A stretch of DNA of 64,000 nt. Origin: Thermoplasmatota archaeon. GTDB taxonomy: Archaea > Thermoplasmatota > E2 > DHVEG-1 > B18-G2. A program made the position numbers and the translations under genes. Under the pieces are notes generated by a model. That model was not told the origin of the DNA. It searched no databases and was given only the letters and a program-made list of their open reading frames with translations. Positions 9,847-19,525 of this stretch are shown piece after piece. Location: NCBI GenBank assembly GCA_029259115.1, contig JAPDJO010000028.1, positions 1-64,000 on the forward strand, in the 5' to 3' direction. Numbering within the stretch: position 1 is the first letter of the stretch; each line of letters begins with the position of its first letter.

Positions 9847-10665
9847 ATGCAAAAGATTGGAGAAATCAAAGAACCGCTGTACGGATACACCCAAGAGATA
9901 GTAGTAGTACCTATAGATAAATTGGAGGTCATAGAGATACAGAGAAAACCTTCACAATATCACATAAAAAGGCTAGCAGAATCAATGAGAAAAGTTGGAT
10001 TCGTTGCTCCTTTAATAGCTATCAAAAGAGAGGGAGAAGATAAACTAATAGTCATAGATGGGCAACATAGATTACTAGCAGCAAGGAACATGGGCATAGA
10101 ACAACTACCTTGCATAATAGTTCCAGATAAATTTGCAAATGAACTTATGGAGTTTAATATAGAAAAAACAATGACCTTAAGAGAAAAGTGTTACGTTGCT
10201 CTCAACGTCTACCGGATATTCCTTAACGAAAAACCGAACATAAACGAAGATGACACAGAAGTCATGGATGCAATAGAATTTCCGTATTTTATAACTTTAG
10301 GCATAGCGTATGAGGAAAAACAGAAGTTCTTTGGATCTGCGTATGAATCAATAATGAAGAGGTTGGACTGGTTCTTCAATATGCCAATAAAAGATGCTTA
10401 TGAGAAAAGGAAAGAGAGAGCTAAATTGCTTATAGAATTGGATAACCTAGCTAGACAAGCCGTAGAAAAGGTTCAGGAAATGGGAATAAACCATCCTTTC
10501 CTATATAAGGAGATAATCTCCTTCTGTAATCCAATTGGCAGAAGAAGAAAGATTGAAGAAAGTTTCGATGAGGTAATGCAAGCCTTAAAATCAAACCTAG
10601 AAAACCTGATAAATGAGCCGAGCAAAATTAGAGAACATAAGTTCTCAGAGGAAATGGAGGTATAA
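9847..10665 (+). CDS. ParB/Srx N-terminal domain protein (DGQHR motif)
   Basis: IKRLAESMRKVGFVAPLI...VIDGQHRLLAA, followed by an all-helical C-terminal region of unknown function. Confidence 0.85.
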   Translation: MQKIGEIKEPLYGYTQEIVVVPIDKLEVIEIQRKPSQYHIKRLAESMRKVGFVAPLIAIKREGEDKLIVIDGQHRLLAARNMGIEQLPCIIVPDKFANELMEFNIEKTMTLREKCYVALNVYRIFLNEKPNINEDDTEVMDAIEFPYFITLGIAYEEKQKFFGSAYESIMKRLDWFFNMPIKDAYEKRKERAKLLIELDNLARQAVEKVQEMGINHPFLYKEIISFCNPIGRRRKIEESFDEVMQALKSNLENLINEPSKIREHKFSEEMEV

Positions 10666-11354
10666 TGAGGATAGCTTTTATTTCAGATATTCACTCCAAT
10701 ATCCATGCTTTTGAAAAGGTTTTGGAAGAATTAGAAAAGGAAAATGTGGACAAAATCTATTGCTGCGGAGACATAGTCGGATACAATGCTTTTCCATCTG
10801 AGTGTATCAAACTAGTAAAAGAGAAAATTGATGGTTCGGTAATGGGAAATCATGACTACGCAACATTAACTGGGGAAACTGGATGGTTTAATGAGTATGG
10901 AGTCGAAGGGATAAGCTACACTAGGAAGGTAATTTCAGATGAGGATATGAATTTTTTAAAGAGCTTGAAAACCCACATATATCTAAATGTGGATGATTTG
11001 AAGATATACATAACACATGGTAGTCCAAGAGATGAGATATTTGAATATGTTTTTCCCGATTCAAGCGATGATTTCCTTTTAGTCTTAGCAGACATAGCAA
11101 AAGCAGATGTACTAGTTTTTGGTCATACTCACCTTCCTATGGAGAGAAGAATTAAAAGAAAGATATTTCTGAATCCTGGCTCAGTTGGTCAACCAAGAGA
11201 TGGAAATCCAAAAGCATCTTTCCTAATATTTGATACCAGAAGCAAAGAAGCGTGCTTCAAGAGAATCGAATATGACATAGACGATGCTGCGAAAGCAATT
11301 ATAGATAATGGTCTCCCAAGATTCTTAGCCCAGAGACTTTATCTTGGGATATAA
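10665..11354 (+). CDS. Calcineurin-like metallophosphoesterase (YfcE/MJ0912-like)
   Basis: SDIHSN, GDIVGY, GNHD, THGSP, GHTH and NPGSVGQPRDG. TAATG overlap with the ParB-like gene. Confidence 0.93.
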   Translation: MRIAFISDIHSNIHAFEKVLEELEKENVDKIYCCGDIVGYNAFPSECIKLVKEKIDGSVMGNHDYATLTGETGWFNEYGVEGISYTRKVISDEDMNFLKSLKTHIYLNVDDLKIYITHGSPRDEIFEYVFPDSSDDFLLVLADIAKADVLVFGHTHLPMERRIKRKIFLNPGSVGQPRDGNPKASFLIFDTRSKEACFKRIEYDIDDAAKAIIDNGLPRFLAQRLYLGI

Positions 11355-11407
11355 ATCGCAACCCTTTTTAATCAACTTTCTTTTCAAAACACTCGGGGAG
11401 GTAAAAG

Positions 11408-12649
11408 GTGGATCCACTAACCTTACTCATCCTTACAGGCGCCGGAGCCCTAGGTTTTTACATGGCTTGGAACATAGGTTCTAATGATGTAGCAAATTCT
11501 ATGGCAACAGCAGTGGGGGCAAAGGCTATAACATTTAAACAAGCAGTGCTAATAGCTGGTGTCCTCAATTTTATCGGAGCTGTGTTTGTTGGATCTCATG
11601 TCACTGAAACGATAAAGGGAAACATCGTAGACCCCTCTCTTATCCAGAATAGTTTTCATATTCTTCTCGGCTTTTTAGCATCTCTGCTAGCTGCTTCTGT
11701 ATTTGTTATGCTATCGACTTGGAAAGAGATGCCTGTATCTACAACTCACTCAGTAATCGGAGCGCTTGTGGGTTTTGGACTAGTCGAAAGCGGAGCATCA
11801 TGCATAAATTGGGCAAAGCTCGGAGAAGTAGCATCGAGCTGGGTTTTGTCTCCAGTGGTTGGAGCTATTCTTGCTTTTCTGGTATTCAGAGGAATAGTAA
11901 AATTGATATTCGAAAAGGATAGACCAGTGGAAGCAGCAAGGATCGTAGGTCCGGGAGTTATAGGGTTAACAATTATCCTGATCTCCTCATCCCTATTGAT
12001 GAAAACAAATCTCGGAAAAATGCTAGACGTAAATCTCTATGAAGCGTTGGTTATAGCTGTGATCTGTGGACTCATAGGAATGGTTACATCAATGATCGCT
12101 TTAAGGAAGATCAAAATAAAAGGAGATAGCGACTATGATGTCGTAGAAAGGATGTTTAGAAAACTCCAGATAGTAACATCCTGTTATGTTGCTTTTTCCC
12201 ATGGTGCAAACGACGTCGCTAATGCGATAGGTCCGGTTGCAGGGATATTCTCTATCGCTACGACAGGTGTTTTAGATCCAAAGGCAGAGGTTCCAACGTT
12301 TCTACTAGCTATAGGCGGTTTCGGGATAGCAATGGGATGTATGACGTGGGGACACAAGGTGATGAGAACCTTAGGATACAGGATTACCTCATTAACCAAT
12401 ACAAGAGGTTTCTCTGTGGATTTTGGTGCAGCAACAACGGTATTGATAGCGTCTAAACTTGGTTTACCAATATCTACATCTCATACAGTGGTTGGAGCTG
12501 TAATAGGAGTTGGTCTAGCTAGAGGTCTCGATGCTGTGGATCTAAGTGTGATCAAAAAGATCATAACATCTTGGCTACTCACTGTTCCTGCGGCCGCGGG
12601 CCTATCTGCGGTAATATTTTTAATACTTAGAAGCATAGTAGGAGGGTGA
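11408..12649 (+). CDS. PiT-family inorganic phosphate transporter
   Basis: GSNDVANS and HGANDVANA signature motifs, PVSTTHS/PISTSHT, multiple TM helices. Confidence 0.95.
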   Translation: MDPLTLLILTGAGALGFYMAWNIGSNDVANSMATAVGAKAITFKQAVLIAGVLNFIGAVFVGSHVTETIKGNIVDPSLIQNSFHILLGFLASLLAASVFVMLSTWKEMPVSTTHSVIGALVGFGLVESGASCINWAKLGEVASSWVLSPVVGAILAFLVFRGIVKLIFEKDRPVEAARIVGPGVIGLTIILISSSLLMKTNLGKMLDVNLYEALVIAVICGLIGMVTSMIALRKIKIKGDSDYDVVERMFRKLQIVTSCYVAFSHGANDVANAIGPVAGIFSIATTGVLDPKAEVPTFLLAIGGFGIAMGCMTWGHKVMRTLGYRITSLTNTRGFSVDFGAATTVLIASKLGLPISTSHTVVGAVIGVGLARGLDAVDLSVIKKIITSWLLTVPAAAGLSAVIFLILRSIVGG

Positions 12650-12653
12650 TAAG

Positions 12654-13343
12654 ATGGATGATCACGTAAGAGCACCGATATTCAGTACCCTCAGGAGAAA
12701 ATCACCTTTTGAGGGTATGCTAGAGCATATGAACAAAGTAAAAGAGTGTATAGAGGTCTTAAAAAATGGGCTCAAAGAATACTATGAAGGAAATTTTGAG
12801 AGTTTCTCTGGAATTGCAAAGAAGGTTTCAAAACTCGAACATGAGGCAGATTTGATAAAGGGTAACATAAGAGCCCATCTTCCTAGATCGATACTTATGC
12901 CGGTTGATAAAGGTCAATTTCAATGGTTGTTAAGGGAACAAGATGCCATATTAGATCATGCCGAAAATCTAGCGGAAATGCTAGAGATGAGACACACAAA
13001 AATACCAAAAGAGCTCAAAGATCTCTTCATAGAGCATATGGAAAAGGTAATGGAAACAGTAAAAGCCATGGAGGAAGCAATGGATAGATTCAAAGTTCTT
13101 TTAGAGACGAGTTTTGTAACCAAGGAAAGGGATATGGTCAAGGAGAAGATCCATGAGGTTCATAAGAAGGAATGGGAAGCGGATCAGATAAAGTACAAAT
13201 TAACCAGAGAGATCTACAAGATGGAGAAGAAATTGAAACCAATGGATGAGTATCATCTTTTAAAGATAGCGGACTGGGTAGATGATATAGCAGATCATGC
13301 AGAGAATGTTGCCGATCTGATAAGGGCAATGATAGCTAGGTAG
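12654..13343 (+). CDS. DUF47 / PhoU-like phosphate transport regulator (TIGR00153 family)
   Basis: LEHEAD, QDAILDHAEN, EWEADQ and DDIADHAEN repeats; adjacent to the PiT gene. Confidence 0.9.
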   Translation: MDDHVRAPIFSTLRRKSPFEGMLEHMNKVKECIEVLKNGLKEYYEGNFESFSGIAKKVSKLEHEADLIKGNIRAHLPRSILMPVDKGQFQWLLREQDAILDHAENLAEMLEMRHTKIPKELKDLFIEHMEKVMETVKAMEEAMDRFKVLLETSFVTKERDMVKEKIHEVHKKEWEADQIKYKLTREIYKMEKKLKPMDEYHLLKIADWVDDIADHAENVADLIRAMIAR

Positions 13344-13361
13344 TATTTTATCTAAAAATTG

Positions 13362-13895
13362 TTATAATTTTTCTTCGTCACTCCTCTTGATTCCCATCCT
13401 CCTCGCTAAAAATTCTCTTATCTCCTCTGGTCTTGTTGAATCTATACCAAAGTACTCAGGAAAGTATTTCGATGTGGTAAGTAGCTCTGTTGTACCCAAT
13501 CTCTTTGAGTTAACCAGTTTCTTTTCAATTAGGAAATCAACATGATCATAAACCTTTGGACCAATCATCTTTCTCAGATCAGCTTGCCTTATTGGCTGAT
13601 GATAAGCTATTAGAGCTAGAGTCTTGAGAATATCAAAAGGTATCTCCGGTTTAGCTACCTCTCTGGCTTTTTCAGCATATTCCTGCTTTAACTGCATACT
13701 ATACTTGTTTCCAGCTTTAACTATTTCCATGGGACTTTCCTCAGATTTGTAGATAGTAATCAGATTTTCTATAGCCTTTTTTATACGCCCAGCACTCAGA
13801 TTTGTTATTTCCTTCATTTCTTCTATAGATAAAGCCTCACTTGAAGAGAACAGTAGAGACTCTATTATCTTCTCATCCTCACCCTTTTTGAGCAT
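13362..13895 (-). CDS. scpB: SMC-Scp complex subunit ScpB
   Basis: IIESLLF, LKTLALIAYHQPI, TSKYFPEYFG; operon with scpA and smc. Confidence 0.92.
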   Translation of the reverse strand: MLKKGEDEKIIESLLFSSSEALSIEEMKEITNLSAGRIKKAIENLITIYKSEESPMEIVKAGNKYSMQLKQEYAEKAREVAKPEIPFDILKTLALIAYHQPIRQADLRKMIGPKVYDHVDFLIEKKLVNSKRLGTTELLTTSKYFPEYFGIDSTRPEEIREFLARRMGIKRSDEEKL

Positions 13896-13903
13896 GTTAA
13901 CAC

Positions 13904-14767
13904 CTATGTTAACCTCTTGACATATATCTTTCCAAATGGAAACCTTCTTTGATAGAGCCTTATTTTCCTATCATGAGCGAGATGAAGTAAAGCTATGAGT
14001 GTATTTATTCTTTCATTTTTATCATTAAAATTACAGAGTTCTGTTATCGGTATAGCTTTCCCATTGAACTTTTTTATCTTATCCCAGATCCTTTCTATCT
14101 CCTTCTCTATCGCTTCTTCATGAACAACGCCTTTCATCCTTTTCTTTGCCTCATTCAGTATCCTCTCTTTCTCTGTCTGCCTTATCTTCTCTATAAGCTT
14201 CCTTTCCTCAGCTTCTCTCCTTGCTTTCTCAAAAGCTTCAATAAGCTCTATCAGAGTAACTCTTCTCTGAGCCTTTCTTCTAATAGGTTCTATCAATGGG
14301 GTAAAACTCTTATCAGATATCATTCTGGTGTAGGAATAATCCTGTTCATCGTAGAGCCAATCATCTATAGCTAAATCATCCCATCCGATCTCCTCTTCTC
14401 TGTATCTCAATCTCTCAGCATTCTCAGCCGCATCCTTGCTTTGAAGATTCAGAACCTTCCAAGCCATGTAGATCAATCTTCCAGCTATTACCAGATCTAT
14501 CTTTTCCTTCTTTGCTCTTTGAAGGTACAAGGAAGAGAACTTAGCAAGATCTATTGCCCATGGATTTAGATGTTTCTGGAGAACTAACTCAAATGCTATC
14601 GCTATGGATTTATCGAAGGGATCATCTATACCAAGATGCTCTCCGGTTTGCGCCTTCTGGAGCATATCTATGTACTTATCTATCCTGGATATCTCCTCCT
14701 CATACTCTGCTATAGCTTTGTGGAAGAGTAGGTGTTGTAGTATATCGTGATCAATATCTCTCTTCAA
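13904..14767 (-). CDS. scpA: Kleisin ScpA
   Basis: LNPWAIDL, RRVTLIELIEAF, C-terminal LIALLHLA...QRRFPFGKIYV; lies between smc and scpB. Confidence 0.88.
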   Translation of the reverse strand: MKRDIDHDILQHLLFHKAIAEYEEEISRIDKYIDMLQKAQTGEHLGIDDPFDKSIAIAFELVLQKHLNPWAIDLAKFSSLYLQRAKKEKIDLVIAGRLIYMAWKVLNLQSKDAAENAERLRYREEEIGWDDLAIDDWLYDEQDYSYTRMISDKSFTPLIEPIRRKAQRRVTLIELIEAFEKARREAEERKLIEKIRQTEKERILNEAKKRMKGVVHEEAIEKEIERIWDKIKKFNGKAIPITELCNFNDKNERINTLIALLHLAHDRKIRLYQRRFPFGKIYVKRLT

Positions 14768-17700
14768 GCTCCTTTACCCCCTGTCAGTATCTCTCCTTTT
14801 GGACCTATCGATGAAAGATCTACGGTTCCAACAATCTCGGATATACCATCTTCCCTCAAAGTTACTCCATATATGTGATCTGCTTCTTTGAGGGTTACCT
14901 TTCTTAATGAGATCAATATAAACTGAGCATAAGACGAGTTTTCCTTTATCATTCTTGAAACTGCTTCAGCATTGATATTATCCAGAAACATATCAACCTC
15001 ATCAAGAACATAGAACGGGCTAGGATCATATCTTTGGATTGCAAATATCAGGGCAAGAGAAGCCATACTCTTCTCTCCACCTGAAAGGGAAGACAGATTC
15101 AGGGTTTTCTTCCCTCTAGGTCTAACCTTTATATTTAAACCACCAGCAAATGGATCTTCAGGATTCTCTAATTCTAAAGATGCTTCTCCACCCTCAGATA
15201 GCCTTGCATAAATCTCTTTGAAATTCTGGTTTATCTCATTGAAAACCTCATAGAATCTGTCTTTCTTCTTCTTTGCTATCTCCTTCGCAACCTTGTTCAG
15301 GTTTCTCTTCTGTTCCCTCAGTTTCTTGATGTCTTCCTCTAGTTTCTTCTTTCTCTCCTCCTGATGTTCATACTCCTCTAACGCTCTCATATTCACGGGC
15401 TCAAGCTGGCGCATGTTCTCTTCGGTTAATCTTAATGTCTCCATCAGAGAATCTATGGATGGTAGATCTTCTCTAGAAATAGAATCCAGAGAATCTACAT
15501 ATCTAGAGATTTCTTCTTCAGCTTCTTTCAATGTATCTTCCAACGTAGACAACCTGTACTTTGCTCTCGATATCAGATCAACATAGGATTCTATCCTCGT
15601 TGAGATTTTATCGATCTCTGTCTCTATCTTGACCATCTCTCTGTATATCCTTTCCTTCTCTTCGGATAGATCTTTCAACTTAGTAGTTGCTGTTGTTTCT
15701 ATCGAGATCAAGGTTTCTAATTCCTCTCTGCTCTCATCCTTCTTTAATTTGAGATTCTCTATCTCTCTCTCCTTTTCTTTTATCTCTTCATCTATTCTCC
15801 TTATCTCTTTCTCTAGATCTGTCTTTTTGTTTTCTAAGAGAGACTTTTTCTTCTGTAGGGTCTCGATCTTCCCATTTAGAGAAACCAGTTCTTCCTTCAA
15901 CTGGAGATATCTCGTTTCAAGTTCCTCCAATTTTTTCAGCATATCTTCTTTTTTACCTTTCAAGAGAAGTTTTCCTTTCTCTTCTTTTATCTTGTTAATC
16001 TCCTCCAACTTATCTTTTATCTTGTTAATCTCTTCATCGGCAATTCTGATCTTTTCCTCTATTTCTTCTCTCTCCTTGGCTTTCATCTCCATCTCGTTAT
16101 TCACAGCTTTAAGTTTTGCCTCGAACTCTCTTTTTCTGGCTTCAATATCGGATATATCAATTGAAGATACGCTTTCCAATTCCCTCTTCTCATTCTGTAA
16201 CTCCTCGATCTCCTTTCTTATCTCATCCAGTTTCTTTACCAGAGCATCATGACTCTCTATTGCCTTTCTCAGTTTTTCTTCGATCTCATCTAGCTTTGAC
16301 CTATCTGCTGGAGAGAATGATATGGTCTTCTCTGCAACCCCTCCTATCATTGCACCACTAGCCTCTATCAGATCACCTTGAAGAGTAACTAGCCTAACTC
16401 CACCCATCCATTTTCTGGCTGTATCAAGATCTTCAACAACTACAGTGTCTCCAAAAACATACCAAAATGCGCTTTCATATTCTTTTCTAAATGATATAAG
16501 ATCCATAGCAAATCCGTGACTCTTCTCATCTTCCACAGCAAGCAAAGCTTTTGCTCTAGGCTTACCAGATATCATCTTGTTTAATGGCAAAAAAGTAGCT
16601 CTACCGAACTTGTTTTTCCTTAGATACTCTATGGCTTTTGCAGCAACCTCGTCATTATCTACGATTATAGCTTGTAATCTCTGGCCACCAGCCACTTGTA
16701 AAGCGATCTCATACTTTGGATCAACCTTTGCAAGCTCCGCAACAGTTCCATGTATTCCCTCAAGCTCTCCTTTATCTCTTGCTTCTAAAATCTTCAAAAC
16801 AGCTGTTGTATATCCTTTTCTTAGAGATTCGTTTGCCTCGTATTCTGCTCTTAATCGAGAGTACTCCCTCTGGAGATTTCTTATAGCAAGATCTAACTCT
16901 CTGAGTTGCTGATTTATTTCAGCTTCTTCCTTCCTCTTTTCAAAAAGTCTCCTTTCTAGGCTCTCCTTTTTCCTTATGAGCTTACTTTGCTCCTTTCTAG
17001 CTTCCTCTATGCGCCAGCTTGAGTCTTTCACCTCAAATTCGTATGTCTTTTTGGTTTCTTGGAGTTCGTTCAGTCTTGTGTCTATAGCCTTTATTTTTTC
17101 GTTCAATCTTTCCTTATCAAGTTCTAGTTCATGTCTCCTCTGCATGAGGTTTTCATATTCCTCTCTGAGTTTTGCGAGCTCTCTCGATATTTCTATGGAT
17201 TTCTTATCTGACTCTTTCATATTTTCTCTTATGTCGTTGATCTCTTCAGATACATTTTCTTCCTCTTTCTGTTTATGTTCAATTTCTTCGCTCAGCCTTT
17301 TTATTTCATTATCCAACTCAGATGCCTCTCTATTTACCTCTTCTAGAGACCTTTCAGAATCAACCTTCCTCTGACTCAAAGATCTTATCATGCTTTTTAT
17401 GCTAGAAATTCTTTCCTCCATCTTTGCAATCTCTGTTCTTAGTACGCTGATCTTCTCTGCTACTCTTTTTGCCTCTTCTCCACCACTCTCAGCTATTTTC
17501 TTTTCTATCTCCTCAAGTTTTTCCTTGGATTTTTCATAAAGTCTTTTCTTTTCTTCCCTCTCCTTTTCGAGTTTCTCCTTTTCCTTCTCATAGCTTTCTA
17601 TCTGTCTCTGCAGCTCTGCTATCTGCTCTTCTATATCCAGCTTTTTCTTGTAAGCTATCTTTGCTTTTGTTTCGTAAAGTTTTTCCTGAAGCTCCTTATA

Positions 17701-18369
17701 CCTTATCGCCTCATCTCTCTCTTTCTTAAGTTGATTTAACTGCCTATTTATTTCATCCAGAATTATGTTTATCCTCTGGATGTTCTCTTCTACTTCTTTC
17801 TTTTCCTTCTCTGCCCTTTCTAGATCTCTATCAAACTCACTTATTCCCGCGATATCATCAATTATTCTTCTTCTCTCTACAGGTCCCATCTCGACTAGAG
17901 ATGTTACGTCGCCCTGCTTAACTATATTATATCCATCCCCGGATATCCTAGCCCTAGTCAGAAGATTGACAAAATCTGTTAGTGATGCTGATCTTCCATT
18001 TATGTAAAAATAGCTGTAGAAGTTGTCTGGATTATCCTTAAGAGGGGCTCTTTTAATCCTTCTAGTAAGCACAACGGTATCTGAATCTATGGGCAATTTT
18101 CTATCCTTATTATCGAATACAAGAGAAACTTCACAGTAGTTTGCGGCCTTCTTTTTATCCTTACCGCCATTAAAAATCAAATCCGTAAGTCTCTCAGCCC
18201 TTATTGATTTTGGACTTTTTGGGCCGAGAACAAACCTTATAGCATCTCCTATATTACTCTTACCTGAACCATTTGGACCTGTTATGGCTGTGAATCCAGG
18301 GAAAAAAGGTATAACAACTCTTTTTCCAAATGATTTGAAATTCTCCATCCTTATTTCCTTTAGATACAG
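14764..18369 (-). CDS. smc: Chromosome segregation protein SMC (probable CTG start)
   Basis: ENFKSF, GPNGSGKSN, hinge GRATFLPL, LSGGEKS, LDEVD. The conserved N-terminus (L/M)YLKEIRMENFKSF begins at CTG 18369 with a GGAGG SD. Confidence 0.96.
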   Translation of the reverse strand: MYLKEIRMENFKSFGKRVVIPFFPGFTAITGPNGSGKSNIGDAIRFVLGPKSPKSIRAERLTDLIFNGGKDKKKAANYCEVSLVFDNKDRKLPIDSDTVVLTRRIKRAPLKDNPDNFYSYFYINGRSASLTDFVNLLTRARISGDGYNIVKQGDVTSLVEMGPVERRRIIDDIAGISEFDRDLERAEKEKKEVEENIQRINIILDEINRQLNQLKKERDEAIRYKELQEKLYETKAKIAYKKKLDIEEQIAELQRQIESYEKEKEKLEKEREEKKRLYEKSKEKLEEIEKKIAESGGEEAKRVAEKISVLRTEIAKMEERISSIKSMIRSLSQRKVDSERSLEEVNREASELDNEIKRLSEEIEHKQKEEENVSEEINDIRENMKESDKKSIEISRELAKLREEYENLMQRRHELELDKERLNEKIKAIDTRLNELQETKKTYEFEVKDSSWRIEEARKEQSKLIRKKESLERRLFEKRKEEAEINQQLRELDLAIRNLQREYSRLRAEYEANESLRKGYTTAVLKILEARDKGELEGIHGTVAELAKVDPKYEIALQVAGGQRLQAIIVDNDEVAAKAIEYLRKNKFGRATFLPLNKMISGKPRAKALLAVEDEKSHGFAMDLISFRKEYESAFWYVFGDTVVVEDLDTARKWMGGVRLVTLQGDLIEASGAMIGGVAEKTISFSPADRSKLDEIEEKLRKAIESHDALVKKLDEIRKEIEELQNEKRELESVSSIDISDIEARKREFEAKLKAVNNEMEMKAKEREEIEEKIRIADEEINKIKDKLEEINKIKEEKGKLLLKGKKEDMLKKLEELETRYLQLKEELVSLNGKIETLQKKKSLLENKKTDLEKEIRRIDEEIKEKEREIENLKLKKDESREELETLISIETTATTKLKDLSEEKERIYREMVKIETEIDKISTRIESYVDLISRAKYRLSTLEDTLKEAEEEISRYVDSLDSISREDLPSIDSLMETLRLTEENMRQLEPVNMRALEEYEHQEERKKKLEEDIKKLREQKRNLNKVAKEIAKKKKDRFYEVFNEINQNFKEIYARLSEGGEASLELENPEDPFAGGLNIKVRPRGKKTLNLSSLSGGEKSMASLALIFAIQRYDPSPFYVLDEVDMFLDNINAEAVSRMIKENSSYAQFILISLRKVTLKEADHIYGVTLREDGISEIVGTVDLSSIGPKGEILTGGKGA

Positions 18370-18388
18370 ATGTGCTCCCTCCTATCCC

Positions 18389-18400
18389 GAGTGCATCCCA
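18389..18400 (-). promoter_or_regulatory. Leader motif TGGGATGCACTC, copy 2 (smc 5' leader)
   Basis: gagtgcatccca on the + strand, about 25 nt downstream of TTTATATA (18425-18432, minus strand) and about 20 nt upstream of the smc start. Confidence 0.6.
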
Positions 18401-18491
18401 GTAAATCTTGAAACAAAATATCTGTATATAAAATTTTGTAGATTTTCAACATAGCTATCAGAAAATGTTAAGGTTAAAAGGTAGGTGCCTC

Positions 18492-18599
18492 CTACCTTCC
18501 AGATAATCTAGTCTCGTTCCAAGGTCTTACGGCTACAAATTTTACCTTACTCTCGTCCCTGCCTTGAAGTAGACCAAATCCTTTTCCTGTAGGTTTCAT
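18492..18599 (-). CDS. Unannotated 35-aa small protein MKPTGKGFGLLQGRDESKVKFVAVRPWNETRLSGR
   Basis: ATG preceded by a perfect GGAGGTGA SD, TATA-like element at about 18661-18670, and a 3' hairpin AGGTAGG/CCTACCT. Confidence 0.6.
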   Translation of the reverse strand: MKPTGKGFGLLQGRDESKVKFVAVRPWNETRLSGR

Positions 18600-18623
18600 A
18601 TATTCACCTCCTCTTTAGATCTC

Positions 18624-18642
18624 AGAGAAAACAGTTTTCTCT
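18624..18642. promoter_or_regulatory. Palindrome AGAGAAAAC-A-GTTTTCTCT in a divergent promoter region
   Basis: Perfect 9-bp inverted repeat with a 1-nt spacer. Confidence 0.45.
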
Positions 18643-18691
18643 ACTTAGGGTAACGGGATCTATATTAAATAGTTTTGTATATTGTCAAAGG

Positions 18692-19525
18692 ATGACCAGA
18701 TTCACAGATATCTACCTCAGAAGGGTGTTCAAAACTATCGAGAAAAATAGGCTTGTAGAAAACAGTGATAGGATATTTGTTGCTTTAAGTGGAGGAAAAG
18801 ATAGCGCAAGCTGCCTCTACTGTGTTAAAAGATTCGCTGACGAAAGGAACATAGATTGCGAAATAAAAGGTTTTTACATCAACCTAGACGATTCTCCAGA
18901 AGTTAGAGAACCGATAAAGAGCTTAGTGGAAAAACTGGACATAGAGCTTATAGAGATCGAGCCTCCAGATATTCGTAAATACAGAGGCTCAAGACCCATA
19001 TGTAGCGTTTGTGGAATCGTAAAGAGGTATCTGATGAATAAAATTCCTAGAGAGAAGGGAGCGACAAAGATCGCAACAGGTCACAATATGGATGATTTTA
19101 TTGTTTTCTTTCTTAAGAATCTGGTAGGAAAGAACTATTCATGGATATCGAATTTCAAACCAAAAGTGGAATCTACACATCCAAAGTTACTGACCAGAAT
19201 AAGACCTCTCTTCAACGTCGGGAATAGAGAAGATGAGAGATTTTGTGAGGAGATGAAGATACCTTACACAAAAAAGCATATATGCAGATTTAAAGCCAGG
19301 GAATGCAGTTACAACAGGAAGAGAGATAATTGGTACAGCACCCTATACGAGATAGAGAAATGGAATAAGAGTTTCAGACAACAGATGATATCTGCAATAG
19401 AAGACGTATCAACACTTTTCAAGAAGGAGGAAGATTTGAAAGAGTGCTCCATCTGCGGAGAACCTAGCAATAAGGAGATATGCGCTTATTGTAGAATATT
19501 TGGAGATGCCTCGGGAGGGATTTGA
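18692..19525 (+). CDS. PP-loop tRNA thiolation-type ATPase (TtuA/NcsA, TIGR00269-like)
   Basis: ALSGGKDS PP-loop, CSVCG, ATGHNMDD, RIRPL and C-terminal CxxC...CxxC. The N-terminal Zn finger is absent. Confidence 0.87.
   Translation: MTRFTDIYLRRVFKTIEKNRLVENSDRIFVALSGGKDSASCLYCVKRFADERNIDCEIKGFYINLDDSPEVREPIKSLVEKLDIELIEIEPPDIRKYRGSRPICSVCGIVKRYLMNKIPREKGATKIATGHNMDDFIVFFLKNLVGKNYSWISNFKPKVESTHPKLLTRIRPLFNVGNREDERFCEEMKIPYTKKHICRFKARECSYNRKRDNWYSTLYEIEKWNKSFRQQMISAIEDVSTLFKKEEDLKECSICGEPSNKEICAYCRIFGDASGGI

Noticed and set aside
18492-18599. Small ORF as a SAMP/TtuB sulfur carrier for the neighbouring TtuA-like enzyme
   Set aside because: It ends in SGR rather than GG and is too short for a beta-grasp fold.
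9713-18700. Bacterial parS sites near the ParB-like and smc genes
   Set aside because: No TGTTTCACGTGAAACA-like palindrome was found by eye. The only palindrome noted (18624-18642) is unrelated in sequence.
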